Below are positions 1-13,200 of a stretch of DNA of 64,000 nucleotides, in pieces. A program made the position numbers and the translations under genes. The DNA is from Blastocladiella emersonii ATCC 22665. Lineage: Eukaryota; Fungi; Blastocladiomycota. The number at the start of each line of letters is the position of its first letter. The stretch's first letter is position 1. Under the pieces are notes generated by a model that was given only the letters and a program-made list of their open reading frames with translations, did not search any database and was not told the origin of the DNA. The stretch spans positions 806,001 to 870,000 of the forward strand of contig JANHCV010000011.1 in assembly GCA_025594325.1 (NCBI GenBank), written 5' to 3'.

Positions 1-1023
1 GCGAGCGGGCGCCACGGACCGCGCGGGAACGAGATGGCGTGGACGGGCGTGCACGGCACAGCGACGACGGTTTCGCTGGCCGAGGACGAGTGGAGGTGGA
101 TCACGACAGCCGCCGGCGCGGCCTGCCGCCCGACCGCGTCGAGCTCGGCGCGCAGGGTCGGCGCGTGGACCGCGGCCGGGAACATACCGCCGAGGGAGAT
201 CTCAAGCGGGACCTGCAGGTCGGCCTCGTCGGTCGCGACCAGGGCGCCGCCCATGCACCGGAACAGGCGGTGCAGGGCATCGCGGTCCGCGTCGGCGGGC
301 AGCCGTCCCGGGTGGATCCAAGAGAGCCCCGTGTTGTTCCCGAGCAGCGACGACCAGACGAGTCCGTCAGCAAGCGACTGCGCGACGTCGCCAAGCCCGC
401 CCCCACCGGCTTCCGCCGAGCCCAGAAACTCGCGGGCCGCGGCCTCCGACGTCGGAAACTTGCCGACGACGAGCACGTACTGGCGCAGGCGGACGGTCCC
501 GCGCAGCTTATCCTGCGGCGCGCGCGCGGGCGACACGGTGCCCGGGTGCGCGTTGCCGAGGGTCACGGTCTGGCCGAGCACGGCACCGAGCCACCGCAGC
601 GTGTCGGCGAGGTCGGCGAAGGACGAGCGGGGCGCGCCCCACGCGGGGACGGCGCGGCGTGGCAAGGCCTGGTCGATGGCGTCGATGCAGTCGAGGACGA
701 ACGCCGACGAGACGGGTTGCAGCGTCGGCACGATCCGCGATGACGAGTTGAGGACATGCAGGCCGCTACACGGGAGGTGGGACGGGCGTGAATTCGGACG
801 CGGTGCCGCGGATCGGCGACGCGTACCACTGCGCCTTGGGCGTCAGGCGGGCGTGCACAAATGCGAGGATGTGCTCGAGGACGTGGCGCAGCGAGTCGAG
901 GGCCGCGGCGAGGTCCGGGTGGTCCGCGAACGCCGACGGGTCGACCACGACGAGCACGCTGGCGGCGGCGCGCGCGGCCGGCAACGTCACCGCTGCTGGC
1001 GGTGGTGGTGGGGGTGCATTCAT
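1..1023 (-). CDS. Hypothetical protein, runs off the left edge; N-terminus possibly vWA/Treslin_N-like
   Basis: ATG at 1023 (MNAPPP...SVLVVVDPSAF...LRHVLEHILAFVHARL). Intron 826-766 (GTACGC...GTGTAG). Exon 2 reads CGLHVLNSSSRIVPTLQ... and stays open to position 1. The family identity is a weak recollection-based resemblance only. Confidence 0.6.
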
Positions 1024-1216
1024 GAGCTTTTCGTTGCGGTTTGCTGGTGCGTCGTGGGAGGGAGGCGGGGCGGACGCCGCGACGAGCGACGCGACGACCG
1101 GGCCCGTCTGAGGATCATCACGTGGGCCGACCTCGCGCTTGCCCTGTGAGTCAGGGCGGGTCGCTCGTCCTCCCCTCCCATCGTTTGAGGGCCGCATTGG
1201 AGGTCGACTACACACC

Positions 1217-2040
1217 ATGCAACGGAGATCGCACCGCTCGAGGCACCCGTCGCGGTCGGCCTCGCCGCTCGACCCGCCAACGCTCGTCGCTGACGCTGCT
1301 GCGACCGTTACTGAGCCACCGGCGCCTGCCGCTGCTGCGCCACCAGCACCCGTGGTTGCTGCTGAGCCACCCTTAGTGCCCGGAACGGCAACCGGGGTTG
1401 GACACGGCGTGGAAGGGCCGGCCGGCGACGAGTTGTCCGAGCTGGACCTGTACGAGGGACTCGAGGCTTTGGCGCTCAGTGACCCGTTTGCCGAGAGCAA
1501 CCGGGTGTATCAGGATCGTATACGTGAGCTTGCAGAGGTGGGTACTGAGGCGAGTCTGAGAGCGAGCGGGTCGCGACGCTGACGTTTGGGTTGTAGGAGA
1601 ACAGGCGGCTCGGCGAGGAGAACCGACGACTGCGCAAGGCGTTCCAAGTCGCCAAAGCACAGGTACGACTGCTACTAGTCCGCATTGAACGAGATATCTC
1701 ACACAGCCGACCGGTAGACGGAAGACCTGCGCCGCGAGAACAAGGTGCTTGCGACCAACCTGTGCTCGCTGTACCAGACGGCCAAGCACGAGATTGCCCG
1801 GAGGTCTGCTTCTTGATTCCAATACATTCGCTTCACTCGCACCCCAGAGCAGCGAGGATCAATGCCTGCGAGAGGAGACATAACGCAAAACGCGTCGAAA
1901 CGCGTCCGTGTCTCCCCACTCCTGATCTCACGTGCCTGGCGCGACGCGTCTGTCTCGCATCCCGCGGACGCGACTCGCGCCTGCTCCGGTCCCCGGTCCC
2001 CGGTCCCCGCGTCCTCACCTCCTCTCCTTCTCTCTCTTGA
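1217..2040 (+). CDS. Small coiled-coil protein resembling the FLASH/CASP8AP2 N-terminal domain (spliced; 3' end approximate)
   Basis: Exons give LDLYEGLEAL...YQDRIRELAE / ENRRLGEENRRLRKAFQVAKAQ / TEDLRRENKVLATNLCSLYQTAKHEIAR. This resembles the FLASH LDLYEE and ENxxLxxNISxLxxTAxxEIxR motifs. Short GT-AG introns lie near 1538-1597, 1663-1726 and 1804-1847. Confidence 0.55.
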
Positions 2041-2126
2041 TCTCCTTAGTAGACGCTACCCCATAGACGAGCACTCCATAGACTGGACTATATAGACGGG
2101 ACGACGCGACTACCATCACCACCACC

Positions 2127-4674
2127 ATGCAGCAGCGAACGCTCCTCAACACCCTCTGGCTCGGCACCTGTGTCGCCCTGCTGCTGTCCACAGCCAACAA
2201 CGCGATTGCGTCGGCCGAACCCGATGCTCAGCCGGCCGCCGTCGCCAAGCCGCCCGCGAAGAAGCTTCTGACGAAGCGAGGTAAGTCGCGCCGGTCGGTT
2301 GTGGACTCGGATCGGAGCTGACCACGTCACCTCCGTGTAGGCCTCGCCGTCAACGAGCGCTCCGAGCACTACGTCGTCGACATCCTGCCCATCCACCCGC
2401 GCAGCGGCCTTCCGCTCCGCTCGCTGCGCAAGCGCTCGGTCGACGATGACGGCGGCCGCGTCGAGTACGAGAACCACGTCGTGTTCGAGGTCGCCGGGTA
2501 CCGCGATCCGCTGGCTCTCGAGCTCAAGGTACGCACTTCGCGGTGGAACGCGGTATACGCTGGATCTGACCGGGTACTCGTGTATAGCGCAACGACGACT
2601 TTATCAGCCCCAACTACCAGCACATCAGCGGGTCCGCCGACTCCTCGGTCCACGAGATCCGCCACGAGCCACCGCCCAACTGTTACTACCATGTACGGCT
2701 CTCGACTTGTGACCGCGTTCTCGAAGCTCGCTGACACGCTTTTGACACGCGATAGGGCTCGGTCAAGGGCGTCCCGACCTCGCTCGTCGCCATCAGCACC
2801 TGCCAGGGCCTGGTACGCTCGCTCAACCCCTCACACACACGCGCACCCACTGACCGCCACGCCCGCTCCCTTTGTAGCACGGCGTGATCCACGTCAACGA
2901 CTCGGAGCGGTTCGTGATCCACGCGCTGGACGCGGACGAGCCGCTTCCCGCCGACGCGACCGACGACGACCACCACGTCAGCTCGCTGCACCGGCGGCAC
3001 GTTCTGGTGCGCGACACGGGGTACGACGACGATGACGACGTGGACGGGACCGGCGCCAAGCGCGCGTACTGCGGGCAGACGGCGCCCGCGTCGCACACTT
3101 CGCGGCTGCACGGGTGGTCGGACGGGCACGAGTGGATCAGCGCCGAGTCGCTGCTCAAGGAGTTTGGCCGCGAGTCCGAGTCTTCGTCTACGTCGCCGGC
3201 CGTGTCGTCGCTCGACAAGCGCCAGACGCTGTTCCGGGTGAAGCAGAACAAGACGATAGAGCTCATGGTTGCGAGCGACTACCAGCGGTTCCAGGCGTGG
3301 GGCGACGAGACTGAGACGAGCGTGTTCGAGATGGTCAACTACGTGAACGCGCTGTACGCGGCGGGCGGCCTGCTCCCCTCGCCGCACACGATCGTGGTGA
3401 CGCTCGCCGGCACGTACACGGCGCGGGCGCCCATGTGGATCCCCGAGAACACCAAGACGATCGACGCGGACGCGATCCTCAACACGTTCTGCGAGTGGCG
3501 CGAGGCGCAGCTGCAGAACAAGACGAACCTCGGCAACTTTCTGTCGTCCAACGACGTCGGCCACCTGCTCACGGGCCGCACCATGACGTCCGGGGCGTCG
3601 GCGGTCGCGGACGCGGCGTCGATCGAGGGGTACGCGAACGTCGGGGCGCTGTGCACGTCCGACAAGTCGTGCGGCGTGGTGCGCGGGATCCGCGTGATCC
3701 AGGTCGCGACGCAGGCCACGGTGCTCGCGCACGAGATGGGCCACAACCTCGGGTCCGGCCACGACGGCGCCAACAACGACTGCCCGAACCGCGGGTACAT
3801 CATGGAGCCCAGCAGCTGCAAGGACTGCGGGTTCCTCGCGTCGCAGTGGTCCAACTGCACCCGCGAGGCCGTCGCGTCCTTCTTTGCCACCAGCGACACG
3901 ACGTGCATGGATGTCGCGCCGACGCTCTGCGGGTACGCTTGACGGGCTCGATTTCCTCGTAACATGACGCTGACCTCGATCCCGCCACGCTGTAGCAACG
4001 GCGTCGTCGACCCCGGAGAGCAGTGCGACTCGGGCGACCGCGTGAACGGCAGCGCGTGCTGCACGCGGACCTGCAAGCTGCGCTCGGGCGCGGCGTGCGA
4101 CGACCGCAACGGCAAGTGCTGCAACAAGTGCCAGTTCGTCGCCGCGGGGACCGTGTGCCGCTCGGCGCTGCGCGACGGGGGCGACCGGGAGTCGTGCGAC
4201 GTGGCGGACGTGTGCACGGGCAACTCGACGACGTGCCCGGACGTGAAGCGGGCGAACGGCGCGACGTGCCTGATCGACGTCAAGAACAACGCGACGGTCG
4301 GCACGTGCAACCGCGGGTACTGCCAGTCGCGCACGGCGAGCTGCGCGCGCGTTGGGTACCGGTACGACCCGGCGTGCGACGCCGGCCGCGAGCAGACGTG
4401 TCTCCTGTACTGCCGCGGCGACAACGGGTGCATTCGGCTGTCGTACCAGGCCACCACGCAGCTGTCGGTCGTCGCGCCCGACTTCTCGGCGTGCCGCAAC
4501 CCGAACGGCGACGACGGGTACTGCGACGCCGGCAAGTGCATCACCAACTCTCTCACCGAGCAGTCGCCCACGGGCACGACCGCGCGGAGCGACGCGGGCG
4601 GCCGCGCGAGTGGGCCGTCGGGGCCGGTCCTCGTGGCCGCGGCGCTTGCCGTGCTGGCGTTTTCTTTGATCTAA
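2127..4674 (+). CDS. ADAM-family metalloprotease (signal peptide, prodomain, M12B reprolysin, disintegrin, Cys-rich, C-terminal hydrophobic anchor), multi-exon
   Basis: Signal peptide MQQRTLLNTLWLGTCVALLLS. Zn motif HEMGHNLGSGHD with Met-turn GYIMEP. Disintegrin CSNGVVDPGEQCD...CCTRTCKLRSGAACDDRNGKCC. Hydrophobic tail VLVAAALAVLAFSLI. Confidence 0.92.
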
Positions 4675-4778
4675 ACCCGAACATTATTATCACTCCACCC
4701 AAATAAACTCTGCAGTTGTTTCTCCGCCTGCCTGTTCCGAGCGAGAGTGCGAGACACGGTGCGAGACATCCGGGCGCA

Positions 4779-4794
4779 ACGCGTCGCGACGCGT
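4779..4794. promoter_or_regulatory. 16-bp palindrome ACGCGTCGCGACGCGT, an instance of the recurrent intergenic motif ACGCGTCGCG
   Basis: Perfect palindrome upstream of the phosphatase gene. The same 10-mer recurs in other intergenic regions (see findings). Function is inferred. Confidence 0.45.
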
Positions 4795-5065
4795 CGCTCA
4801 CGTGCGCTCGCTGTACCGCTGCACGACAGGGAGAGCTCGCGCGGAAATTTGGCTCGCGGGAGACGGCTCTCCCGCCGCATCGGCACGCAATATCGGGCTC
4901 GCGTCCAGCCAGACTATGCAGCAGGCCGCGCGCGCGGAGTCGTAGATTTCGCCTGGACCACCAGCAACCGGGCATCACGGATCATCCCGATCACACGCAG
5001 CAAACGCACTAGTATCCTGGCAGGACGGCTCGGCGCACGCATCGTCGTCCCCGACCCGGCACCCC

Positions 5066-7322
5066 ATGTCCTCCTCGACCTCGCTCCCCCAGTCCCTGTC
5101 GCTGCGCGCCCTCAATACCCTCCTCGGTGGCAGCGGCAGCAGCGACGCCAACAACGCATCCGACCCTTCGCAGTCGCAGGACCAGCTCAAGGCCGCGGCC
5201 CTCGAGTCCTCGCTCGCCGCGCCGTCCGCGGCCAAGATCCTCAAGTCGAGCGTCGTCTCGCCGACGACGCCTGAGGCCCGCGACGAGCTCGCCGAAGTGG
5301 CGCCGCCGCACCCCATCTCGTCCTCGTCGCGGTCGGCGAGCAGCGAGAATCTCAAAGGTACGGGTAGCGCTCGGGGGAGACACGCGTGGTCGCTCACGAC
5401 TGCAAGAGTGTGTAGACGCCGCGACCAAGAAGCAGAACGGGGCCATCTCCACCATTTCGAGCGCGTTCAAGAACCTCAAGTTCAAGCGGTCGGGCGACGC
5501 GCTGAACGCGCGCGGCGGGTCGGCCGACGAGCTCGCCGGCACCGGCGGCGGGTCCGCGTCTGCGTCGACCCACGCGTCGCACGATGACCTTCGCGATGAC
5601 GCGGTGAAGCCGCCGCCGGCGCCGCTCCAGGCCGCCGCTGTCGCTCAACCTGCTGCGGCGGCCCCGGCGCCAGTGCTCCCCGCCGGCCTGCAGCGCACGA
5701 CGGCCGCGCACCTCGCCGCGCAGCTGACCACCTCGCCGTCGTCGGTCCTTGTCATCGACACACGGGCTCCCGACGAGTACGTCGTGTGCCACGCCGTCGG
5801 GAGCTTCAACGTGTTTGTCCCGCCGCTCCTGACGCGCCGGTGGGCCAAGAACGGCGGGTCGATGTCGGCCTCATCCCTGAGCGCCGCGACGGGCGCCGGC
5901 GGCGTGCTCGGCGGCGGCGCTGCCCCGCGCCGCATGTCGGCCAAGAGCATCAACCTCGAGGCGCTGGTCCTGCCCGAGTCGGAGCGCGACGCGTTCCGCA
6001 CGCGGCTCGCGGACGCGCCGAGCGTCGTGGTCCTCGACGCGTGCGACGCGGACCGCGCGGCACCGGGGACTGTCGTGTGGACCATCGCCAACGAGCTCGT
6101 CCATCCGGGCCGATCCGTCGCGACGCTCGAGGGCGGGTGGGCCGCGCTCGCCGCCGCGTGTCCCGCTGCGCTACTGTCAGACCCTGCCGCGGCCGCCGCG
6201 GACGCTGCTGCTGCGGTGACGAGCGACGCGCCTGCCGCGAACGGCGGTTTCGGCACGTCGTCGGCCACCTCGACGGCGCCGGGCACCCCTGGCGCGTCCG
6301 AGGACCCGGGCTCGGCGGGCCCGTTCAAACGCACCACGTCATTCACGCTCAAGACGACCAACCTGCGCGCGTCGATCTCGCGCCGCCCGCAGTTTGCCGC
6401 GGCGCTCGCTGTCTCGAGCGCGGGCGCCACGGGCGCGCCGGGCGGCGCTGACTCTGCTACCGCGTCGCCGGGTCTCGCGTCAACGCCCGCGAGTGCGCCG
6501 AGCGCGCTGCCCGCGGTGCCGATGGGCGGCGGCGGGCGCCGCGCGACGGTCGGGAACACGGCGCGGCCCGCGCCCAGCCTGCTCGCGGCGAACCAGCTCC
6601 AGGAGGAGGACGAGTCGCTCGCGTCGCCGCTGCCGCGGTCCGGGTCGCAGGCGCAGCAGGCGCAGCACACGTTCGCCGCGTCTCCGGCCGCTGCCCAAGC
6701 GCCGGCCGGCGAGACGCTCGACGAGGGCGAGCAGACGCCGCTGACGGACGACCCGACGACGCCCGCGTCGCTTGACCCGTCGCATATCATCGACGGTCTG
6801 TGGCTCGGCCCGGACCTGTTCGGGCACAACCCGGAGGCGGCGCGGGCGACGCTGGCGGCGATCGGGGTGGGCGCGGTGCTCAACATGGCGTTCGAGTGCG
6901 TGCCGCCGGCCGCCGCGGACCGGCCCGCGGTGTACAAGCAGATTGCGACGCAGGACTCGGCCGACGAGAAGATCGAGCTGGTGCTCAAGGAGGCCACGGC
7001 GTTCATCGACGAGGCACGGGAACAGAACCTCACCGTGTACGTGCACTGCAAGGCGGGCAAGTCGCGGTCCGCGACCGTCGTCATGGCGTACCTGATGATT
7101 TACCACGGGTTCTCGTTCGACCAGGCGTGGTCGCACGTCCGCACCCAGCGGCCGGCCGTTGCGCCGAACATTGGGTTCTTCTCGGTCCTCAAGGAGCTCG
7201 GCCAGAAGCCTCTGTCGGCCGTGGCCGCGGGGCTCGCGACGCCGTCCACGGCGGGCAGCAGCGGGTCCGGTTCGGCGGGCCCGGCTGCGAGTCCTGGCCG
7301 CCTTTCGCTGCGGATGCCGTAG
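5066..7322 (+). CDS. Dual-specificity (MAP kinase) phosphatase with rhodanese-like domain
   Basis: Rhodanese VLVIDTRAPDEYVVCHAVGSFNV...VATLEGGW. DSP signature VYVHCKAGKSRSATVVMAYLM...RPAVAPNIGF. Intron about 5359-5415. Confidence 0.92.
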
Positions 7323-7574
7323 GGGGAGAAACGTGGGTTGAGACTGACGGGACTGAGAGGCGAGGAAGCCGTTGACAATAGCAAAGTGATACAGTAATGA
7401 ACGTGACTGGTAAGATAACGACAAAGGAGACAATGACGGTGCGGCGGGCGGACAGATGAGCAAAGAGTGCGAGGGCATTGTGGGAGTGATGGTGGGTCAG
7501 ATGGAGGGAGAGAGAGGAAGGAGAGCAGAAACGGGTTCAACAACAAGGCCAAGGTGCGGAGCGGCAGCAGCATC

Positions 7575-9881
7575 TCACGCGAGGCCGTGGGCCTCCTTGT
7601 ACTCGCGGACGCGCAGTCGGTTCATGGTGTGGACGTACCACTTGCCAGGCTGGTCGGTCCAGGACACGAACCCTGACGGGTACGTGTTCGCGTCGACCTC
7701 GAACAGGGCCTCGATGCTGTCAGCGTTGCGCGCCGTGATGCGGTTGTCGACGGGCGCAAACTCGCGCAGCGACACGACGCGGGCGCCGTCCTTGAGGTCG
7801 AGGAACAGCTCGAGGAGCGCGCGGTTGAGTTTGGGCTGGAACACGTAGTTGTTGACGAAGACGACGTCCGCTTTCCGCACCAGCGCCGGAATCGACGGGT
7901 GAAGGAGCATGTCGCCCTCGTACAGCTCGACGTGCCCGATGCGCCGGTTCAGGTACTTGAGCCGCGCGCGGAACTCGTCCAGCTGCTGCTGCGCGAGCTC
8001 GGCGGCTGCCGGCTGGATCTCGATCCCGTACGACGAGCACTCGGTGCGCGCGGCTACTTGCAGGACCACGTTGCCGATTCCGCTACATTCGTACGCCCGG
8101 GGTGAGTTGTCGTCGCACGCGGGATCGAGCGCGCAAGCGTGACGTACCTGCCGAGGTCGATAAAAGTGTGGTTGGACCGGATCCCGAGGTTGTCGATGAG
8201 CATCTCGACAAAGTTGGGGTTGATCTCGCCGTAGACGGTGTTGGAGAAGGCCTCGTACTTGACGAGCACGTCCGCGCGGGGCGCGACGGCACGAGCATAC
8301 GCCTGGTACAGAGCGTGGGCGACGAGGTCGGCGGGCGTGTACTCGGCGAGCCGCGCCTGGATCGCGCGGCGCACGTCGTCCGAGGTCGACGACGCGGCCT
8401 GGCGCTTCTTGGTGTAACCCAGCACGTACCCGTCCTTTTTGCACTTGGCGTACTCGCGGTTGAAGTCGTTGACGGCCGAGACGAAATCGTTCAGGCTGCG
8501 GTAGTTGCGTGCGCGCTCGAGCCGGCGCAGCAGGCCGTTGCTCATGGACGCGTCCGAAAAGGTCTCCATGACGGCGGGGCTCGGGCACACGAGCGTGTGC
8601 TGGACCAGGATCCGGATCGTCTCGCACAGGTCGGCGACCGGGTCGTACTCGCCGACCTCGCGGCGCGCGGCCGCCAGGCTGATGGACGACGACCCGGACC
8701 CGGCCGCGGAGCCCGGCGGGCCGGCGGCGGCGACAAGCTCTCTTGGCCGGAGGAGGGAGAAGCTGGGAACGGAGCAGGGGTGAGTCGCGAGTGGGTCGAG
8801 GGTAATGGCAAAATCGTACCTCTCGCGGTAGTTCTTGGTGAGGTAGACGAGCTCGACGGTGGGGAGCGAGTCGGCGGGCTCACGGCCGTCGGCATCGAGG
8901 AACCCTAAAGAACGCGAGCAAGGGGAGCAGACGCAGGCGGGCGGGTAAGAAATACAATCTTTTCACTCACCAAATCACTCGGGTACGGCGACGAGAGCGG
9001 GGCGAGGACGCGAGGGAGGGCGGGATATCGAGCAGAAGGGTCGGCACGCAGGGGAGGGTCGGGAACTATACACAAACGTCACGGCGAGGGGAGGGGGATG
9101 GAGTGGGACGCGAACAAAGGAGGTATGCGGGCGGAGCCAGCGAGGTATGTAGGGAAGGGAGAGGAGAGTGGAGGAGGAAGGGTGCGCACTACGCACATTG
9201 CTTGTAGTTCTTCACGCTGCTATGGACAATGTCGGCCGAGTGGATGATGTGGACGCCGCCGGCGGTCGGGGTACCGAGCCCCTGGGGCGGCGGGGTCATC
9301 TCGGCGGCCGAGCTGGTACCGCCCGCGACGGGCGACGACTGGGCCTTGACGCGGTCCGCACGGCGCAGCGAGTCCGTGGACGGCTTGCGCGCGTGCTTGG
9401 ACGTCGTTTCGGGCGAGCCGCGCGACGCCGAGGCCGACGCCGACGCGGACGCGGGCCGTTTCCGGTTCTCCTGCGCCGCGTCGTTGCTGGGCAGCGGCGG
9501 GTGCACGCGCGGGCGTTTCGCGGCCGAGCCCTCACCCGTGCGCGACGGCGGCGCAACCGTGTCGCTGCTGCTCCGCTTCACGGCGCCGCCGCCCGACCCA
9601 GCCGCGGACGCCGACGACGCACGCTTCTCGGTCGACCCAGACCCGGGCCCGTTGGACGAGGCGGGGTCGAGGATGACGGGGTGCGGGCGCGGGTTCGGGA
9701 ACAGGAAGGCGAACGGGTCCTCGGGCGGGGCGTCGCGCGAGCGGATGCGGACGTGCTCGCGCACGGGGACGGAGCCGGTGCCGGCGCTGCCGGAGCGGGC
9801 GGACGGCGGCGGCGGCGAGGTCAGGGTGGTCGCCGACGGCGGGTTGGACATGGTCATAGTGGGAAGCAAGTCGGTGTTCAC
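7575..9881 (-). CDS. DOT1: Histone H3K79 methyltransferase Dot1 (multi-exon; start approximate)
   Basis: YEAFSNTVYGEINPNF; FIDLG / GIGNVVLQVAARTEC-SYGIE; VVFVNNYVF; LKDGARVVSLREF. Confidence 0.93.
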
Positions 9882-10243
9882 GCGGCAGCGGCAGCAGCTG
9901 GAGGCAGACGACGACTACGCGGGAGCGGCAGGCGCAGCAGCCGTCAGCACATGGCCGGGACCCGCATGTCGGTTGTGTCGATGCATGGACGCGGGAGCGC
10001 GAGAGAGGGATACACACGGGTGCAGTTGCATGGAGAGCGCGGCGTGCGGGGGGCCTGAGGCGAGGGCCGGGTCGACAAGGGGAGGAGGAGGGCCGACAGG
10101 GGCAGCGAAGCCCGTCCAACGACCATGGAGGGGGTCAAGTCACCTGCCGTCACACAGCTGTTCTCTGTTCTCGCCGCCATCCTTCTCCTCCCCTCCCCCT
10201 TTATCGCTCCCTACAACCCATCCACGAAGCCCATGCAACGACC

Positions 10244-13200
10244 ATGAAGCGCTCGCACCCGCCGCCGTCCGCCGGGGACGTGACGCCGCGCGGCAAGTCG
10301 GCCCGCACCCGCCCGCCCGTGCCCCCGTCGCCGCTGCGCCTGCCGCCCCTCTCCGGCCCCGGCGCCGGCGCCCGCCACGCGACCAGTCCGCTCCAGGAGC
10401 CCGCCTTATCGGCTGCCGCCGGATCCGCCGCCGCCTCGGCCTCGGGTGCCGGCGCCACCGCGGACGACGAGGACGACGACGAGTCCAACAACGTCGCGGG
10501 CAGCCAGTCGGCGCTCCCGCCGTCGCAGTCGACGCCCGGTGGTGGCATTCTTCGGTACCGGACACGCGCTTTGATTGTGATCTGGCCCAGTCTGACCCGT
10601 CCGTGCATACATACACGTAGTCGCGCAAGCGGCATCCCGCACGACGACCGCCGCCGCTCGCTCGGCCGCCGCGTCAGCTTCGCCCCGCACGCCAGCATCC
10701 GCAACTTCCAGATCGTCCCCGCCGTCGAGTCGCCCGAGTCCGATCGGAGCTCGGAGGACGCATTCGACTTTGCGTTTGGTTCGAACGGCGACGAGTCGGG
10801 CGACGCGGCCGCTGCTGCCGATGATGATGATGACGACGACGATAGTGAGAGCGATGGCGAGATCCTGGCCGTGCTGCTCGGCAAGAACGCGCAGCAAGCG
10901 TATGTATCTCATCGGGCTCTCAATCGCGTCGTCCCTTTTCTGACCTCGATATCCCCGTCGCTGTCTAGTCCGGCGCCCTCGTTCCCGTGGAGCGACGACG
11001 ACGACTCCACCCTCACCGTCGCCAACCCGGAGCAGGACGCCGAACCAGAGTCGCCCGCGGCGGAGCCCGACGACGAGCCCGCTCCCGAGGACGGCGGCGA
11101 CGGCGACGGCGAGCAGTACTACCACGGCGACAACGACGAGGACCGCCACTACGACAACGACCACTACGATGCCGCGCCCGACGCCAGCAACAGCGCCGAG
11201 CACGACGAGTACGAGCACGAGTACGAGGTGCCCATCCCATCCGCGTCGCCCTCCTCGGTCAAGGAGGTGCCCGCGCACGACGCCGACGAGCAAAACTACG
11301 ACGCCGATACCAGCCACTACGACGAGCTGCCCGAGCGCGAGCCCGCGCCCGAGCACGCACACCCCCTCGTCGACCCGTACGCGCCCGACGACGGCCTCGA
11401 GTTCGAGCCCATCGACCCGTTCGACACCCCGGGCCGCCGCTACTCGTGGGGCAACTCGACCGTCGGCAACCGCACCCCGTCGTCCGCCGCGCGGGGCACC
11501 CAGGAGTTCACCATGAGCCTCTCCGCCCTGCGCAACGACGGCAACGGCGGCGACGACGACGAGGACACGTTCGGCTACCGCCGCGCGCCCTCGATCAGCT
11601 CGCGCGCCCGCGAAAGCCTCGCTCCCTCGCTTCCGGACCTCGAGCGGGACGCGCCGTACGAGACCGAGACCGAGCCCGAATACGCGGCTGAGCCGGGATA
11701 CGACCAGGGTGCCGCCGCCGGCACGCCTCCGCCCCCGCGCTCACCCTTCCCCGAAGACGACGACGCTGCGCCGACCCCGCGTGCGTCCCAGTACGATGCC
11801 GAGCCCACGCCGCGCCCAGCTGCTCCCTCCGCCTCCGCCGCTGCCGCGTCCTACGGCGATTACGGCTACGACGAGGCCGCTGCCGAACGCGTCCGACGCA
11901 GCCTGTCCACGGTGACCGAGCGCACCGAGCCCGACACGTCGCGCAGCACGGCCGTCTCGCCGGCCTCGGACCGCTCGCCCGGCGCGCTCGACACGCCCGC
12001 CGCGCCCGCCGCGTCGACCGCTCGGTCCTCGCCGCCCAAGAGCGAGATTTCGACGTGGCTCAGCCGCCGCCTTCTCGCTGCCGCCTCCTCCGCGGCGGCA
12101 CCGCCCATGTCGCCGCCCGTCCCCGCGGTCGCCGCACGCATGCACGCCGACCTGTTCGCCAACATCGTCACGCCGCGCGCCGACCGCACGGCACCTGCGC
12201 CCGCCCCCGCGACCCGCCCCATCTCGCCGGTCGTCGCCGCTGCACTCGCCTCTGCGGAATCCCTGCGCGCCCGCGGTCTCTCCCCGCGCACCTCGCCCGA
12301 GGCGGCGCAGCTGACGCAGGACCTGCGCGCCGCGCTCGAAAAGTCGCGGGCGCAACCGACCCGCGTCCCGCGCACCGCCAGCCCCGCGCCCGCGACGCCC
12401 GAGTCGCAGCGCATGGCCGATATCCGCGCGTCGCTCGCTGCGTCTCCGCGCCGCGGCAGCAGCAGCGGGAGCGGCGGCGGTGGCACACCCGGCTCGGCGG
12501 CCGCCGACCGCGAGCGCCAGCTCGACGCCGAGGCTAGGGCCCGCATCGAGCGCCTGCAGAACTCGCTCGGCGAGCTATCCGCGACCGTTGACTCGTCCAG
12601 GCTACAGCAGATGCGGATTGCGACCGAGGCATCGGCGATCGCTCAGTACGCGGCGTCGCCGCGGCGAGCGAGTGGTGCGGGCGCATCGGCGAATTGGCTC
12701 GCGACGCCTAGAGGGGGTAGCAGCGCCGCTGCCGCGCGTGTACCGGAGCCCGAGCTCGGAAACGCCGGGTCGCCGCAGTGGCGCTCCAACTCGGGTTCGG
12801 CGTCGGCCTCGGGCGCGTCACCGTCGTCGTCATCGGCAACCGCGGCATCGGCAACCGCGGCGGCCGCTGCTGCGCGGGCACCGGAGCCCGGGATCGCGGA
12901 CATCGAGCCGCCGCCGCAGTGGAGCTCCAACTCGGCGTCGTTGTCAGCCTCGGGCGCCTCGTCATCGGCAACCGCCACGGCCGCTGCTGCAGCATCGGCC
13001 GCTTCATCCACCACCGCGGACTCGCCCTTCACGGCGAGCGTGAACCGCTTCCTCGACGAGACCGCCGAGCGCCAGCGTGCGCTCGTGGCCGAGTTCGCCT
13101 CCATCTCCTCGTCATCCTCGTCGTCCGCCATGGGCCCGCCGCGCCTGCTCACCCCGGCGCACCGCCGCGTACTCGAGTCGAGTGCGGGCGGCGGCGGCAG

